From NCBI GenBank assembly GCA_951406725.2, contig OX597825.1:24366001-24430000 (forward strand): a stretch of 64,000 nucleotides of DNA, written 5' to 3'. The notes below the pieces were generated by a model. It was not told where the DNA came from and did not search any database. It worked only from the letters and a program-made list of their open reading frames with translations. The stretch is from Octopus vulgaris (Eukaryota). A program made the translations under genes and the position numbers. Numbering within the stretch: the stretch's first letter is position 1; the number at the start of each line of letters is the position of its first letter. This document shows, piece by piece, positions 40,551-53,529 of the stretch.

Positions 40551-41520
40551 TAACTTTTTGCTGATGCAGACGACTATTAAATTCTTGGATTTCCAATCTG
40601 TGTCGAGAAATGATAGACAAAGTATAGATTACCCAAGCTAAAATAAATGTCAGAATTTAATTACATTATCCTAAGTTATGAAATTAACATCATGCCAGGT
40701 TCACCTTTATCTTTCATCCTGTCCAGAGTCAATAACATTAACCATAAAGTCTAAACACTTTTATTAGATGTTTTTAGTCAACTAATACTCATTCGATCTC
40801 CCACAACATTTTAAATTTATGCAAGAAATTGATGTATTTTAGTTTAGTTTTGTCTTTAGCTTTGCACAAAGGACCTGCAATTTTAGACCTCCGTAAAGGC
40901 AATTAGGTCTTGTTGCATTTCTGTTTTCCCAACAGACATTCGTTATGCATGTGAAGAGAATTACATTAATTAAGAACCAAGATTACTAGATTTTGAGCTT
41001 ACCTCTTGCTCGAAGCATTCAACCATTTTATAATATCACATCATGATGTTATCAGTTCAGTCTGTAATTATACGATATCCCTTGTGGTTTCTGTTACAAG
41101 CATAGTATAATAATTCACTTTAGATTAATTAAAGTGATATCATTTGATTTCATTATTGTATTGATTTATGATCCACTGAGTAAGATTCTGTACAGTCATT
41201 ACTCAACCTGCTAGATATATCTTTAATCTTTCATCTTTTTTCTAGTTTTGGTCATTGGAGTGTGGCCACCCTGGGGCACCACCTTAAAGGGTTTAGTCAA
41301 ACGAATCAACCCCAAACCATATGTTGTATTTTTTTTTAAATGTGGTTCTTATTCAATCAGTCTCTTTTCTGTCAAACCACCAAGTCACAGATGTAAACAA
41401 ACCAACACCAGTTGTTTTATAATGTTTTATAATGGTGGTGTTGGTGGTGGGGTCAATACAGACAATTGGGGCCAAACAACAACGTATTAAAAGAAGATAA
41501 GGGTATACTATTGACTAGAT

Positions 41521-41825
41521 GTTTGTTCCTTCTCGAGCCATACCTGGCTCATAATGGGCCTGTTTCCCAGTTTACTTTGGCATATAGGTTCCCCACCTGG
41601 ATGGGACACCGGTCCATCGCAGGTGAGCTGCAAGATGCTGGAGGAAAGAGTGAGAGAAAGTTGTGGCGAAAGAGTCAGCAGAAGTTTGCCATTACCTTCT
41701 GCCGGAGCCGCGTGGAGCTTAGGTGTTTCGCTCATAAACACACACATATCACCCGATCTGAGATTCAAACCCGCGATCCCTCGACCGTAAGTCCGCTGCT
41801 CTAACCACTAGGCCATGTGCTTCCA
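41521..41825 (-). mobile_element. Young tRNA-derived SINE family E with 14-bp TSD
   Basis: Minus strand tggcctagtggttagagcagcgg..gggtttgaatctc; flanks actattgactagat / actattgattagat. Confidence 0.85.
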
Positions 41826-42125
41826 CTATTGATTAGATAGGGCACTGTAAATGTGTGGGGCTTATTTTGTTTTAAATCATGACCTTTATTTATCTTAATC
41901 ATTTTGTTACCTTATTTCTTTTGAAATATGCTGCATTTATGTGAATTAATTTTGAAAATTTCAAAGAATTTGGTAATATAACTTTGTCTTTAATGTAAAA
42001 CTTACTTGGAAAAGGATGTGTGGTGTTGGATCGTATAATAATATAAATAATATATAAATATATGCATATATACATACATATATGTACGTACCTACATATA
42101 TATGTATATATGCATGCATATATGT

Positions 42126-42198
42126 GTACAGGACGTCAAAATAACATAGAACACAATGAGAAACAAAGTGTTCTATGTTTTTTTGATGTCCTGTACCC
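42126..42198. mobile_element. Short fold-back remnant
   Basis: gtacaggacgtcaaaataacatagaacac / gtgttctatgtttttttgatgtcctgtac. Confidence 0.7.
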
Positions 42199-42203
42199 AT
42201 ATA

Positions 42204-42723
42204 CCGTAAATCCTCGAGTATAATCCACATTTTTTCCCAAAATTTAAAGGTCAAAATCCCAAGTGTGAACTATATACGAGGTTATAAATGAAAAATATTT
42301 TCCAAGCAATGTCCGAGTCTATATTTGCTGTCCGGCAATGTTTATTCAGACACACTTTGTGATGTCGGACACGAAAATACCTTAAGCTAAGCCTGAAAGC
42401 AATAATAAGCCTGAAAGTCATAAAAGAATCATCCATAACTTGCAGTAAGCAACATTTATTAACATTATTACTGTTATTTCTTTATTTTCTGCAAACAAAA
42501 TGCACAAAAAAGCTACACGTTTGCATTATGTTATATATACAATAATAATAAAGGACGTTACCATATACATTTTTACAAACCTAGGACGTTATATAGAGCT
42601 CCTTGACTCAAGTTAGAGAAGGGGTGCGTATTATACACAAGGTTAAGGTTTTTCAGAGGTACAGCCTCCTAAAAATCCCTTGTATATAATACTCAAGGGC
42701 GGACTATACTCGAGGATTTATGG
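42204..42723. mobile_element. pogo/Tigger-type MITE
   Basis: TIRs ta-ccgtaaatcctcgagtataatcc / ggactatactcgaggatttatgg; non-coding interior. Confidence 0.85.
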
Positions 42724-43180
42724 ACAACAACAACGATGACAATGATGATGATGATGACAAAGATGATAACAACAATGATGATAATGATGAGGACAATGAC
42801 AACAGTAATGATGGTGATGTTGATGACAATGATGATGATGATAATGACGCTGATAATGATGATGATGATGATGATGATGACGATGACGACGACAATGACG
42901 ACGACAACGATGATGATGATGATGATAACAATGACAACACTAATGATGGTGATGTTGAACAAAATGATGATGAAGATGATGATGACAATTATGACGACGA
43001 CAATGACAATGATGGCGATGATGATGATGGTGATGATGATGACAAAGACGATGACAACAACAATGATGATGGTGATGATGATGATGATGATGATGGTGAT
43101 GACAGTGATGATGACAATGATGATGGCGACAGCAATGACGATAGCGACAGTGATGGTGGTGGTGGTGGTGGTGGTGATTA
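42724..43180. repeat. Degenerate (GAT)n microsatellite, followed by (GGAGT)n at about 43265-43312
   Basis: Direct inspection. Confidence 0.9.
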
Positions 43181-43647
43181 TGTTGCATAAACTAGATGTG
43201 ATAACGAGAGAAGTGAAATATGATGCAAAGAACAGTTTTATTACTTTTAAAGAGTGGGGTGGTGTGGAGTGGAGTGGAGTGGAGTGGAGTGGAGTGGAGT
43301 AGAATGGAGTGGAGAGTACTTTTTCTAAATCTAATACTTAAAGTATGTCTGTTAATATTTCTTTAAATTAATATACGTTATTAATTAATGAACTCACAAA
43401 AAGAAGAAAATAATTAAAAAAAAATAATAATTGAAGTATATTAATTTAGATAAATTAAGTAAAAATCTTCTTAATGGAACCCATTTTCTTTAAAAGATTC
43501 CATTTAAAATTTATTGCCAAATAACAACTGAAATAACAATGTAGATTCATGTACGCCTATATGTGCACAACTGTTTTCATATGCTTACATCTGCATGTGA
43601 ATGTGTGTGTGTGTGTTTTAGATTTCTTAATGCTTGTCAAATTACAT

Positions 43648-43675
43648 TCATCATCATTATCGCTATCATTATCAG

Positions 43676-43707
<32 letters not shown>

Positions 43708-43737
43708 CCACTGCCACCACCACCACCACCACCACCA

Positions 43738-43772
<35 letters not shown>

Positions 43773-43887
43773 CCATTATCATCATCATCACGATCACTAC
43801 CATCACTGCTGTCACCATCACCAACTTCATCATCGTCGTCATCATCATTATCATCATCATTAACACCACCACCATCACCACCACCAA

Positions 43888-43922
<35 letters not shown>

Positions 43923-44073
43923 CCACCGCCGCCACCACCACCATCATCATCATCATCATCATCAACATCATCACCATTATCATCATTATCACGATCACCA
44001 CCATCACCAACTTCATCATCGTCGTCGTCAACATCATCATCATCCTTAACACCACCACCATCACCACCACCAA

Positions 44074-44105
<32 letters not shown>

Positions 44106-44304
44106 TTATCATCATCATCGTCATACTCGTCACTATCACCACCATCACCATCACCAACTCCATCATCGTCGTCGTCATCCTCATCATCATCATCATCATC
44201 ATCATCACCACCACCATCAACACTACCAACTTCATCATCATCATCATCATCACCACCAGCATCACCACCATCACCACCACCAACTTCATCATCATCATCA
44301 TCAT
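43648..44304. repeat. (CAT/CAC)n compound microsatellite with internal segmental duplications
   Basis: Direct inspection. Confidence 0.9.
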
Positions 44305-44914
44305 TTTTATACCAGTTTTTACTAAGCTTGTATAGGTTTGACAGGTCCTCTTCAATCCAAGTCCAGCCACTTGTTGCATACCTTTCTCATCTCCTTTCCT
44401 TCTTTCCTTCCCTGCTTGCTTCTTCATCCCAGGTTAGTGGTCCCAGAGACGTCATCACGTGGAGGGTCAACGAGTACCACCCGTGCTCCCCGTAGCTCAT
44501 AGCCCTAGCCACTCCCTCTGCCCTCCAAGATGACATCAAACCTCTGGAGACCTCCCTTAATCATGTCCAGCCATATGATGCACCACCTAGGGTGTTTGGC
44601 TTGTAACTGTAAGGTTGTGAGTTCAGTTCTTGATGGAGCATTGTGTCCAAAGGAAAGAGAGGAAGCACAAAAGTGACTCTGGTATTTCATTTATTTATCG
44701 TCCCTAGGTGGATGAAAGGTAAAGTTGACTACAGTAGGATTTGAACTCAGAACATAAAGAAACAGTAGATATGCCATAAGGCATCCACCAATTTATCTCC
44801 CAAGGGTGATATTTCTTAAGGCGGTGAGCCCTCAGCTTCTGTATTCAGCTTCCTGAGATCTGTTATCACCACATGCTTTTAAATTCTTTTTACTTCCCAT
44901 GAACGAAATAAAAT

Positions 44915-45187
44915 ATCCTTTTCTACTCTAGGCACAAGGCTTGAAATTTTGGGATAGGGGGCCAGTCAATCAGATTGACCCCAGTACACAACTGGTACTT
45001 AATTTATCGACCCTGAAAGGATGAAAGGCAAAGTTGACCTCGGTGGAATTTGAACTCAGAATGTAAAGACAGACAAAATATGGCCAAGCATTTCACCTGG
45101 CATGCCCAAGGTGTCACACAGTGAAACTGAACCTGGAACCATGTGGTTCATAAGCAAGCTCCTTACCACACAGTCACTCCTACGCCT
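44915..45187 (-). mobile_element. SINE A head fused to SINE B body
   Basis: Family B 44915-45105 abuts family A head 45100-45187 in the same orientation. Confidence 0.75.
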
Positions 45188-45294
45188 CCTACACTACATA
45201 AAAATTTTAGTGTGTACAAGCGTACCCCCTGGGCACTCAGTTACATTCAGCCTGAGAACTGTAAGTAGTAATATCTATGGTATATTCAACGATT

Positions 45295-45522
45295 GTGGCC
45301 GTTGCCAGCCTTGTCTGGCACCTGTGCAGGTGGCACATAAAAAGCACCCACTACACTCACGGAGTGGTTGGCGTTAGGAAGGGCATCCAGCCGTAGAAAC
45401 GCTGCCAGATCAGACTGGAGCCTGGCGCAGCCTTCTGGCTTCCCAGATCCCCAGTCGAAATGTCCAACCCATGCTAGCATGGAGAACGGACGTTAAACGA
45501 TGATGATGATGATGATGATGAT
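45295..45522 (+). mobile_element. Retroposon family C
   Basis: Core and (GAT)n tail. Confidence 0.88.
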
Positions 45523-45843
45523 TCAACCATGGACATGTAAATTTCCAAAGTAAGAATTCAGTTGATAAGACGACTGAATACTAATGGCTAAAACTACGCT
45601 GTATCATCATAAAAATCTATTATTATTCAGAATTGGCAAAATGCCAGGTAAAATTGTTCTCTCTAATTAGTCTCATTGCTTTACATTTTGTGATTAAATC
45701 TCACCTGAGTCAACTTTGCCTTTCATCCCACCAGGGGATAAAATAAAAGCCCTGTTAAGTATTGGAACCAATTAACTTAACATCCTCTGTGTGAGTGTGT
45801 ATGCATATATTATATACCATGTATACATTTGTGAGTGTGTGTG

Positions 45844-45875
<32 letters not shown>

Positions 45876-45959
45876 TGTATGTATATATATATATATATAT
45901 ACATACATACACATATAGATATGCAAATATACATATGTGTATATGTATTTGTATATGTG

Positions 45960-46035
<76 letters not shown>

Positions 46036-46410
46036 CACATATAGATATATACACATACACATACACACATGCACACACGCATACATGCACAAACACACAC
46101 ATATATATATATCTATACATATATGTGTGTGTGTGTGTGTGTGTGTGCATAAGAAGACCTCATACTTATCATCTAAGACCAGCACCACTTATTATAACAT
46201 AAGTGGTATCAATTATTTAAGCTTGAATTGAGATTTTACTTGATATAAATAGCACTGATTTTATATACATATATATACATGTACGCACAAGCGCATGCGC
46301 ACACACACACACACACACGCACACATATATATACATATACACAATACTTGAACTGTTGGAGACATTACTTTCAGAATTGCAATAGGTTGCAATTTCCATC
46401 CTTTTCACCT

Positions 46411-46490
<80 letters not shown>

Positions 46491-46872
46491 GGTGGTGGTG
46501 GCGGGTGGTGGTGGTGGCGGTGGTGGTGGTGGCGGTGGTGTAACCCCTGTTACTTGATTTGTTGCTGAGAGCGTATTTGAGATTAACTTCAAAAGTGAGT
46601 TGAAATTCTACCGAGGTCGACTTTGCTTTTCCTCCTTTCGGTGGCGATAAATTAAGTACCAGTTGCATACTGGGGGGAGGGGGGGGCATCTTATCGACTG
46701 GACCGCCCCCAAAAAAATTTCAAGCTTTGTGCCTAGAGTAGAAAAGGATATTAACTTCAAACGTATCAACTGATTTTGCCAATTTTTAATTGGCCACAGT
46801 CAAATGACTGAAACAAGTAAAAGAGTAATCTAAAAGAGTAATTAAAACAATACTGACTGGCCCCAATATCTC

Positions 46873-47101
46873 TTAAACCCTTTCGTTACTGTATTTATTT
46901 TGAGATGCTCTGTGTTTCTTTCAATTACTTTAAATATAACAAAGAATTTAGTAAAATAACTTAGCAATCATTCAGCTAGTGTTAAGAACCTAAATTGTGA
47001 CTAATGTTTAGTGGAAGATTTTAATACACAACTTATGAAAACAAGACATTTGTACTCAGAGCTAGAGCCAGTTTCAGCAGGGTTGGTAACAAAAGGGTTA
47101 A
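46873..47101. mobile_element. piggyBac-like MITE
   Basis: ttaa(a)ccctttcgttac .. gtaacaaaagggttaa: CCC..GGG TIRs with TTAA flanks. Confidence 0.75.
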
Positions 47102-47299
47102 ACAAGATTACCAACTTCAGAAAAGAAAACAGAGAAAAGAAATAGAACTTCCTTCGTTTTAAACATTCTATACCGAAATTGTAGCCACGTGTACAGGAAT
47201 GTCCTTTTGCAAGTGTTGGTGCCACATAAAATGTACTTATGCCAGTGCTGTGTAAGATGTACTTGTGTCAGTGCCATGGTATATGAACTAATGCTGGTG

Positions 47300-47688
47300 C
47301 TACATGAAAGGCACCAGTGCTGGTGCCATGTAAAAAGTATCCAGTACACTCTGTAAAGTGGTTGGCAGCAGGAAGGGCATCCAGCCACAGGACAATTGGG
47401 GCCTGGACAGCTTCCCAGCTGACCAGCTCCTGCGAAACTGTCTAAGTCTAACCCATGCCAGTATGGAAAACAGGCACTAAACAATAATGATGATGATGAT
47501 GACGACGACGATGACAATGATGACGACAACAATGGCAATGACGATCATCATCATCATTATCATCACCATCATCATCATCGTCATCATCATCGTCATTGTC
47601 ATTACCTTCATTGTCATCATCATTATCATCGTCGGCATCATCATAATCATCATCATCATTATCGTCATCGTCATCGTCATCATCATCG

Positions 47689-47723
<35 letters not shown>

Positions 47724-47880
47724 GTCATCATTGTCATCATCGTTTAACATCTGTTTCCCATGCTGGTATGGATTGAATGACTTGACAGGATCTGGCATGG
47801 CCAGGGATCTCACCAGGTCCCAGAGTCTGTTTTTGGCAGGGTTTCTATGACTAGATGCCCTTTCTAACACCAACCACTTT
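47300..47880. mobile_element. Tail-to-tail pair of family C retroposons with (GAT)n/(ATC)n centre
   Basis: Plus copy 47300-47500, minus copy 47730-47880; the microsatellite switches strand near 47543. Confidence 0.8.
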
Positions 47881-48192
47881 ACACTCTTATATAGAGTATG
47901 CCTTACACGGTGTCATGCCATCACCAGCGCTTTCTAGGTGGTGGAACAATGGTGGCTAGGAGGTGGTTCTACACACATCAAAACCAGATGCCATTTAAAG
48001 TCATCCTCTGAAGGCACACACACACACACACACACACATGCATACACATACAGTAGTCAAAGATAGTTCCCTTGCAGGTCCCGTATTGCTTGCCAGATAA
48101 GTTGATAAAGTGACTTTCATTGTAAATAACGTCCCTAAGTGACATTGATTGCAATGGTGATTACAGCTTGGTATTTTAAAGTTCTAAAAACA

Positions 48193-48244
<52 letters not shown>

Positions 48245-48253
48245 GTAGTTGTT

Positions 48254-48307
<54 letters not shown>

Positions 48308-48433
48308 ATAATAATAATAATAGTAGTAATAATAATAATAATATTAATAATAATAATAATATTAATTATGATAATAATAATAATAATAGTTGTTGTAGTA
48401 GTAGTAGTAGTTGTAATAATAATAATAATAGTA

Positions 48434-48486
<53 letters not shown>
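48193..48486. repeat. (AAT)n/(AGT)n compound microsatellite
   Basis: Direct inspection. Confidence 0.92.
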
Positions 48487-49427
48487 CATTATTTCATTAT
48501 TAGTCAAAAGAAAATCAAACAAAAACAAACCAAGCAAAAATGAAGAATTTTTCTTTTAAATGGTTTCTTTTCATTTTTCAAAGATATTTGTCTCTTTATC
48601 ACATCATTCATTTTTCTTCATCCTAATGTGTCACCCATCCCCCATCCCCCCATCCTCATATTTCCTTCCCCCCCGAAAATTCACTTAGTTTAAAATGGGT
48701 ACGAAATGTGATTAACATATCTCAAATAAATTGAAAACCAGGAATATAAAATTCACGCTAAATGGTATAAAACACAAAAGCTTAGTCCTTAACTGTCAGA
48801 AAATAGCAATTTATTAAAACGAAATCAGATATATTTTTATCATCGTATTTGTTTATGGGTTTTATCAACCTTAATTCAATGATTTCGATGATGTATGTAT
48901 TTTTTTAATATTATATTACAGTTTAATAATGATTCTTATCAGGTTTACTGAGCATAATCAGGTATTCTCTATGTAGATGGCTCCCTTTCAAACAGAATAT
49001 TATTAGCAGTATCAAATAATTAAAGACTGTGTTTTTTGGCTTTACTCTTGCTATGTTCGTTTTAAATTCCTGAAGTGAATGAGAGGGTCAGGTCTTTAAG
49101 TGGTTGCATGACTTGCTAGGAATAGCAGCGAAATCACACTTATGAGTGTGATGCTAGTGACAAGCTATGGTAGGCATGTTCACTGATGGCTAAAGAAGTC
49201 AGTGCCAAGATCAAACAGTAATACCTTTTTGTTGTTTTTGCCATTAGATCCTTTAGAAGGGAAATACACATTAATATGGCCAAGGAGTCTGAGATTAGGG
49301 ATCCAAGATTTTATTTTTACTTTGTGCTATGAGGCTGGAAAAGTGAAGGCCAATAATTTGATCTTCCGATCAAGCAGACCTATGATCAAAAGTGTTACAG
49401 CTATGACAATCCATTATTTTTTTTTTA

Positions 49428-50000
<573 letters not shown>

Positions 50001-50565
50001 GTTAAGAATATATCTAAACTAGGACATCTCTATTTCCCAACCTTTAGGTCTCAGATTCAATCCTACTGAACAAATGTCTTTTACTCTAGAGCCAGGATAA
50101 CCTAAGTTTTGTGAGTGGATTTGGTAGACAGAAACTGAAAGAAGGTGGTGAGCTGGCAGAAACATTAGCATGCCGGGCGAAATGCTTATCGGTATTTCGT
50201 CTGCTGCTACATTCTGTATGTATATGTGAGGCTTCTTTCAGTTTCCATCTCCCAAATCCACTTGATCAGCCTGTCACTATAGTAGAAGACAGTTCTCCAA
50301 GTTGCAGTGCAGTGGGAGAGAACCCAAGACCACATGGTTAGGAAGACAGCTTTTTAACCAGAGATTCATGCCTTCACCCTATTTGTTCCATTATTGTTTT
50401 GCTGTTTTGAATCTTGAAAAATCTGTTCAAAAGCAAAATCATCAACGAGTTTGTCACAAAATATATGAACAGATCAGCTTGTCAAAACATAACTCTTTAC
50501 CTGTCACTCACAATAAAACCACAACTCATCATTATCTTGCCTTAATTTACATTTACTTATATTCA

Positions 50566-50605
<40 letters not shown>

Positions 50606-50735
50606 TACATACATAAACATATATATATATATATATGAAGTTCCTGGAGTAAATCTACATAAAACAACAGGTAGTCAAAACTGTGCTGGAGCTTTACTTA
50701 TCATCCATTTATACATTTTGTACAATTTCTCCATT

Positions 50736-50790
<55 letters not shown>

Positions 50791-50794
<4 letters not shown>

Positions 50795-51133
50795 TATTAG
50801 AGACAAAACCACTATTTTGCAAAACAAACAAGGAAAGACTTAATCAATACATAAAATTTTAATAAATTATTATTTGTATATTTTAAAATATTGATATTTT
50901 AGATTGAAGTCCACCTGAAGATTGTCGATCAAGACAAGAAACGATTGTAGTGGCGGTTTTTTTGACTATTTATTAAAATTTTATGTATTGATTAAGTCTT
51001 TCCTTGTTTGTTTTGCAAAATAGTGGTTTTGTCTCTAATAATATTTTATAATATTTTACTATAAAATTGGATTTAATCCTAAATCTGATTTTTTTCCCTG
51101 TAAATTTGGATTTATTCCCTAATATTTATTATT
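50791..51133 (+). mobile_element. (TA)n-embedded fold-back element (H2-related) with HHR in the loop
   Basis: Arms about 50797-50866 / 50968-51040, then 3' tail shared with 20050-20126. Confidence 0.9.
50911..50953 (+). ncRNA. Type-I hammerhead ribozyme, canonical minimal form
   Basis: ccac CTGAAGA ttgtc gatcaa gacaa GAAA c gatt g TA gtgg: complete core, stems I, II and III all pair. Confidence 0.9.
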
Positions 51134-51180
<47 letters not shown>

Positions 51181-51210
51181 CAAAATAAGCATGAAGGATA
51201 TCCAGAGGTA

Positions 51211-51299
51211 ATGCAGTATGATCGTTTCATGCAACTCCATTTAATTGAACAATGCAATCACTACATCAATTTAAAATGTAGAGCAATCTTCAGCTGCAC
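51211..51299 (-). ncRNA. Type-I hammerhead ribozyme with long stem II
   Basis: Minus strand: gtgcag CTGAAGA ttgc..gcat GAAA cgatca TA ctgcat; 6-bp stem I, one CpG-type change in stem III. Confidence 0.75.
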
Positions 51300-51574
51300 A
51301 AAGACACAGAATTTAATCAAATTAGAACAGATGGACACATTAGTATAATTATACCTAAAATCTCTAAGAAGTTAAGGAGATAGACAAAGAACATGGCTTA
51401 GAGAAGTTGACATTGACAGTGTTTATTCATAGAAACATTTTAACAAATCAGAGACATTGAGGGAGGATTTGGCTTCAATCAGGTATTGAAAAGCATCTGA
51501 TACTACAAACTGTTGTCCCACCTTAAATAATTTTTGCATAAAATTAAGTGTAAACTCAGATTAATAATGCTGTC

Positions 51575-51790
51575 ATGTTAGCACACTGGGCAAAATGCTT
51601 AGCAGTATTTTGTTTGCCGCTACATTCTGAGTTCAAATTCTGCCGAGGTCGGTTTTGCCTTTCATCCTTTCAGGGTCAATTAAATAAGTACCAGTTACTC
51701 ACTGTGGTCAATGTAATTGACTTAATGCCTTTGTCTGTCCTTTTTTGGTCCCCTGTATGTTTAGCCCCTTATGGGCAATACATAAATAAA
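51575..51790 (+). mobile_element. SINE family B
   Basis: Family B motifs. Confidence 0.85.
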
Positions 51791-51807
51791 TAAATATTAT
51801 TACTGTG

Positions 51808-52140
51808 AAGGTGCATGACTCAATGGTTAGTATGTCAGGTTCACAATCATGAGGTAGTGAGTTCAATTCTTGGACTGAGCTGCGTGTTGTCTTCTTGAGC
51901 AAGACACTTTATTTCACATTGCTACAGTTCACTCAGCTGTAAAAATGAGTTGCAACATCACTGGTGCCAAGCTGTATCAGCCCCTTTGCCTTTCCTATGG
52001 ATAACATCAGTGATGCAGAGAGGAGAGACTAGCATGCATGGGCAACTGCAGGTCTTCCATAAACAACCTTGCTTGGACTTGTGCCTTGGAGGGGAACTTT
52101 CTAGGTGCAATCCCATGGTCATTCATGACCAAAGGGAGTC
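51808..52140 (+). mobile_element. SINE family D, near full length
   Basis: tRNA-like head (tgactcaatggttag..gagttcaattc) + cttgagcaagacacttta core. Confidence 0.85.
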
Positions 52141-52267
52141 TTTACTCTTTCTTATTACAATTTTTGAGCAGGATTAAATTCAAATTACGTTATATTTGGA
52201 AATGGTCATATTCTGCCAATTGAACACATGCACTATACATTTGGTTATTAATTCAGCTATATTATTA

Positions 52268-52362
<95 letters not shown>

Positions 52363-52830
52363 GAGTGAGAGAGCAGTGCATGCCATCAATGTGACACTGG
52401 GGTAAAATATACAAAGCCCAGTATACCCCTCATGACTGCTCATCTGATAAGGGTACACTAGGCACATGCATCACAACCATATGAGCGCAACATGGTGATC
52501 TCATATTAAGATAAACAGCACATGACTTTGCAGGTGGGGCCCAGTTAGAATTTTCTTCTGGTCGAGTGACCCATCCCATTCAAAAGGTCCCTGAATAAGG
52601 TCTGTTTAAGGATATTCAATGAAATAACCCATGTTTCCAGAGGTGAATTATTCAAACCCCAAAGAAGCCCTCTCAATACATGGCTATGATGCTCCCCAAC
52701 TACTTCTGCTCATGATCAGAGATGCACATATCGGCAGCCACTAAGGGACATGCTCTACTGGTTAAGGTCAAACAACTGACAAGCAAATCTGTGGGATTGA
52801 GCAGAATATTTGCTGAAGCCCATCTTTTTA
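52363..52830 (-). mobile_element. Non-coding (TAA)n-tailed retroposon inserted in (TTA)n
   Basis: (TTA)n on both sides; rearranged opposite-strand relative at about 62470-62810. Confidence 0.75.
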
Positions 52831-53365
52831 TTATTATAATTATTATTGTTGTTGTTGTTGTTGTTGTTGTTCCTTTGTCAAAGCTCATTCATCACACCTC
52901 TTCAGCAACACTTTATCTGACACGTCTCCTCTTGTTTAGCATAGACCATTTTGTCTAGTACATAAACGAAAATTTAAATCAATACTGATATTCTTAATCT
53001 TCTTCATATTTTTGTCCATTGAGAATAAGAATGGTTTGAAGCTTGTCAATAAAATTCTTTACTTTTACTCTTCTTCTAACTCCACTTGAAGTGTAAAGTT
53101 TGTGAAATACTGATTTCAAATTTTGGCAAAAAAAAAAAGCCAAAAATCTCTGGGTGGGGATACGCCAACTCATCAACCCTGGTGTTCAATTGGTACGCAT
53201 TTTATCAACCCCAAAATAATAAACAGCTGAGTCAACCTCAGTGGAATTTGAACTCATAATATAAAGTTGGAAGAAATGCCAAAATGAGAATATTTAAAGC
53301 ATTTTCTTTCTGCATCTTTCTAAATATTTTTTCAATGGAATCTGACAAAGATTACAGCCTCACAT

Positions 53366-53529
53366 TTATTGTTGATGTACCCATGTGTGTTCTAATAATG
53401 AGTTTCCTGTCTGCACAATATATATTTCTTCATAATTTGGGCATTTGATCCAAGAGAAAGGATTTTCTGCTTTTACAGTTCTTATTTGCATTTGGAAAGA
53501 TTTTTCATCCAGTTTTTGTTGTTGAAATT
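53366..53529 (-). CDS. Candidate terminal exon, xFQQQKLDEKSFQMQIRTVKAENPFSWIKCPNYEEIYIVQTGNSLLEHTWVHQQ*
   Basis: Pyrimidine tract then ggtcag acceptor; non-repetitive ORF of more than 50 codons in phase 1; no recognised homology. Confidence 0.3.

Noticed and set aside
41760-41825. tRNA-like sequence with A/B boxes (also the heads of SINE families A, B and D)
   Set aside because: No complete cloverleaf; continues into a SINE body with TSD, so not a tRNA gene
43563-44495. 310-aa Ser/Pro-rich ORF, the longest in the window
   Set aside because: (CAT/CAC)n microsatellite running into repeat-derived sequence
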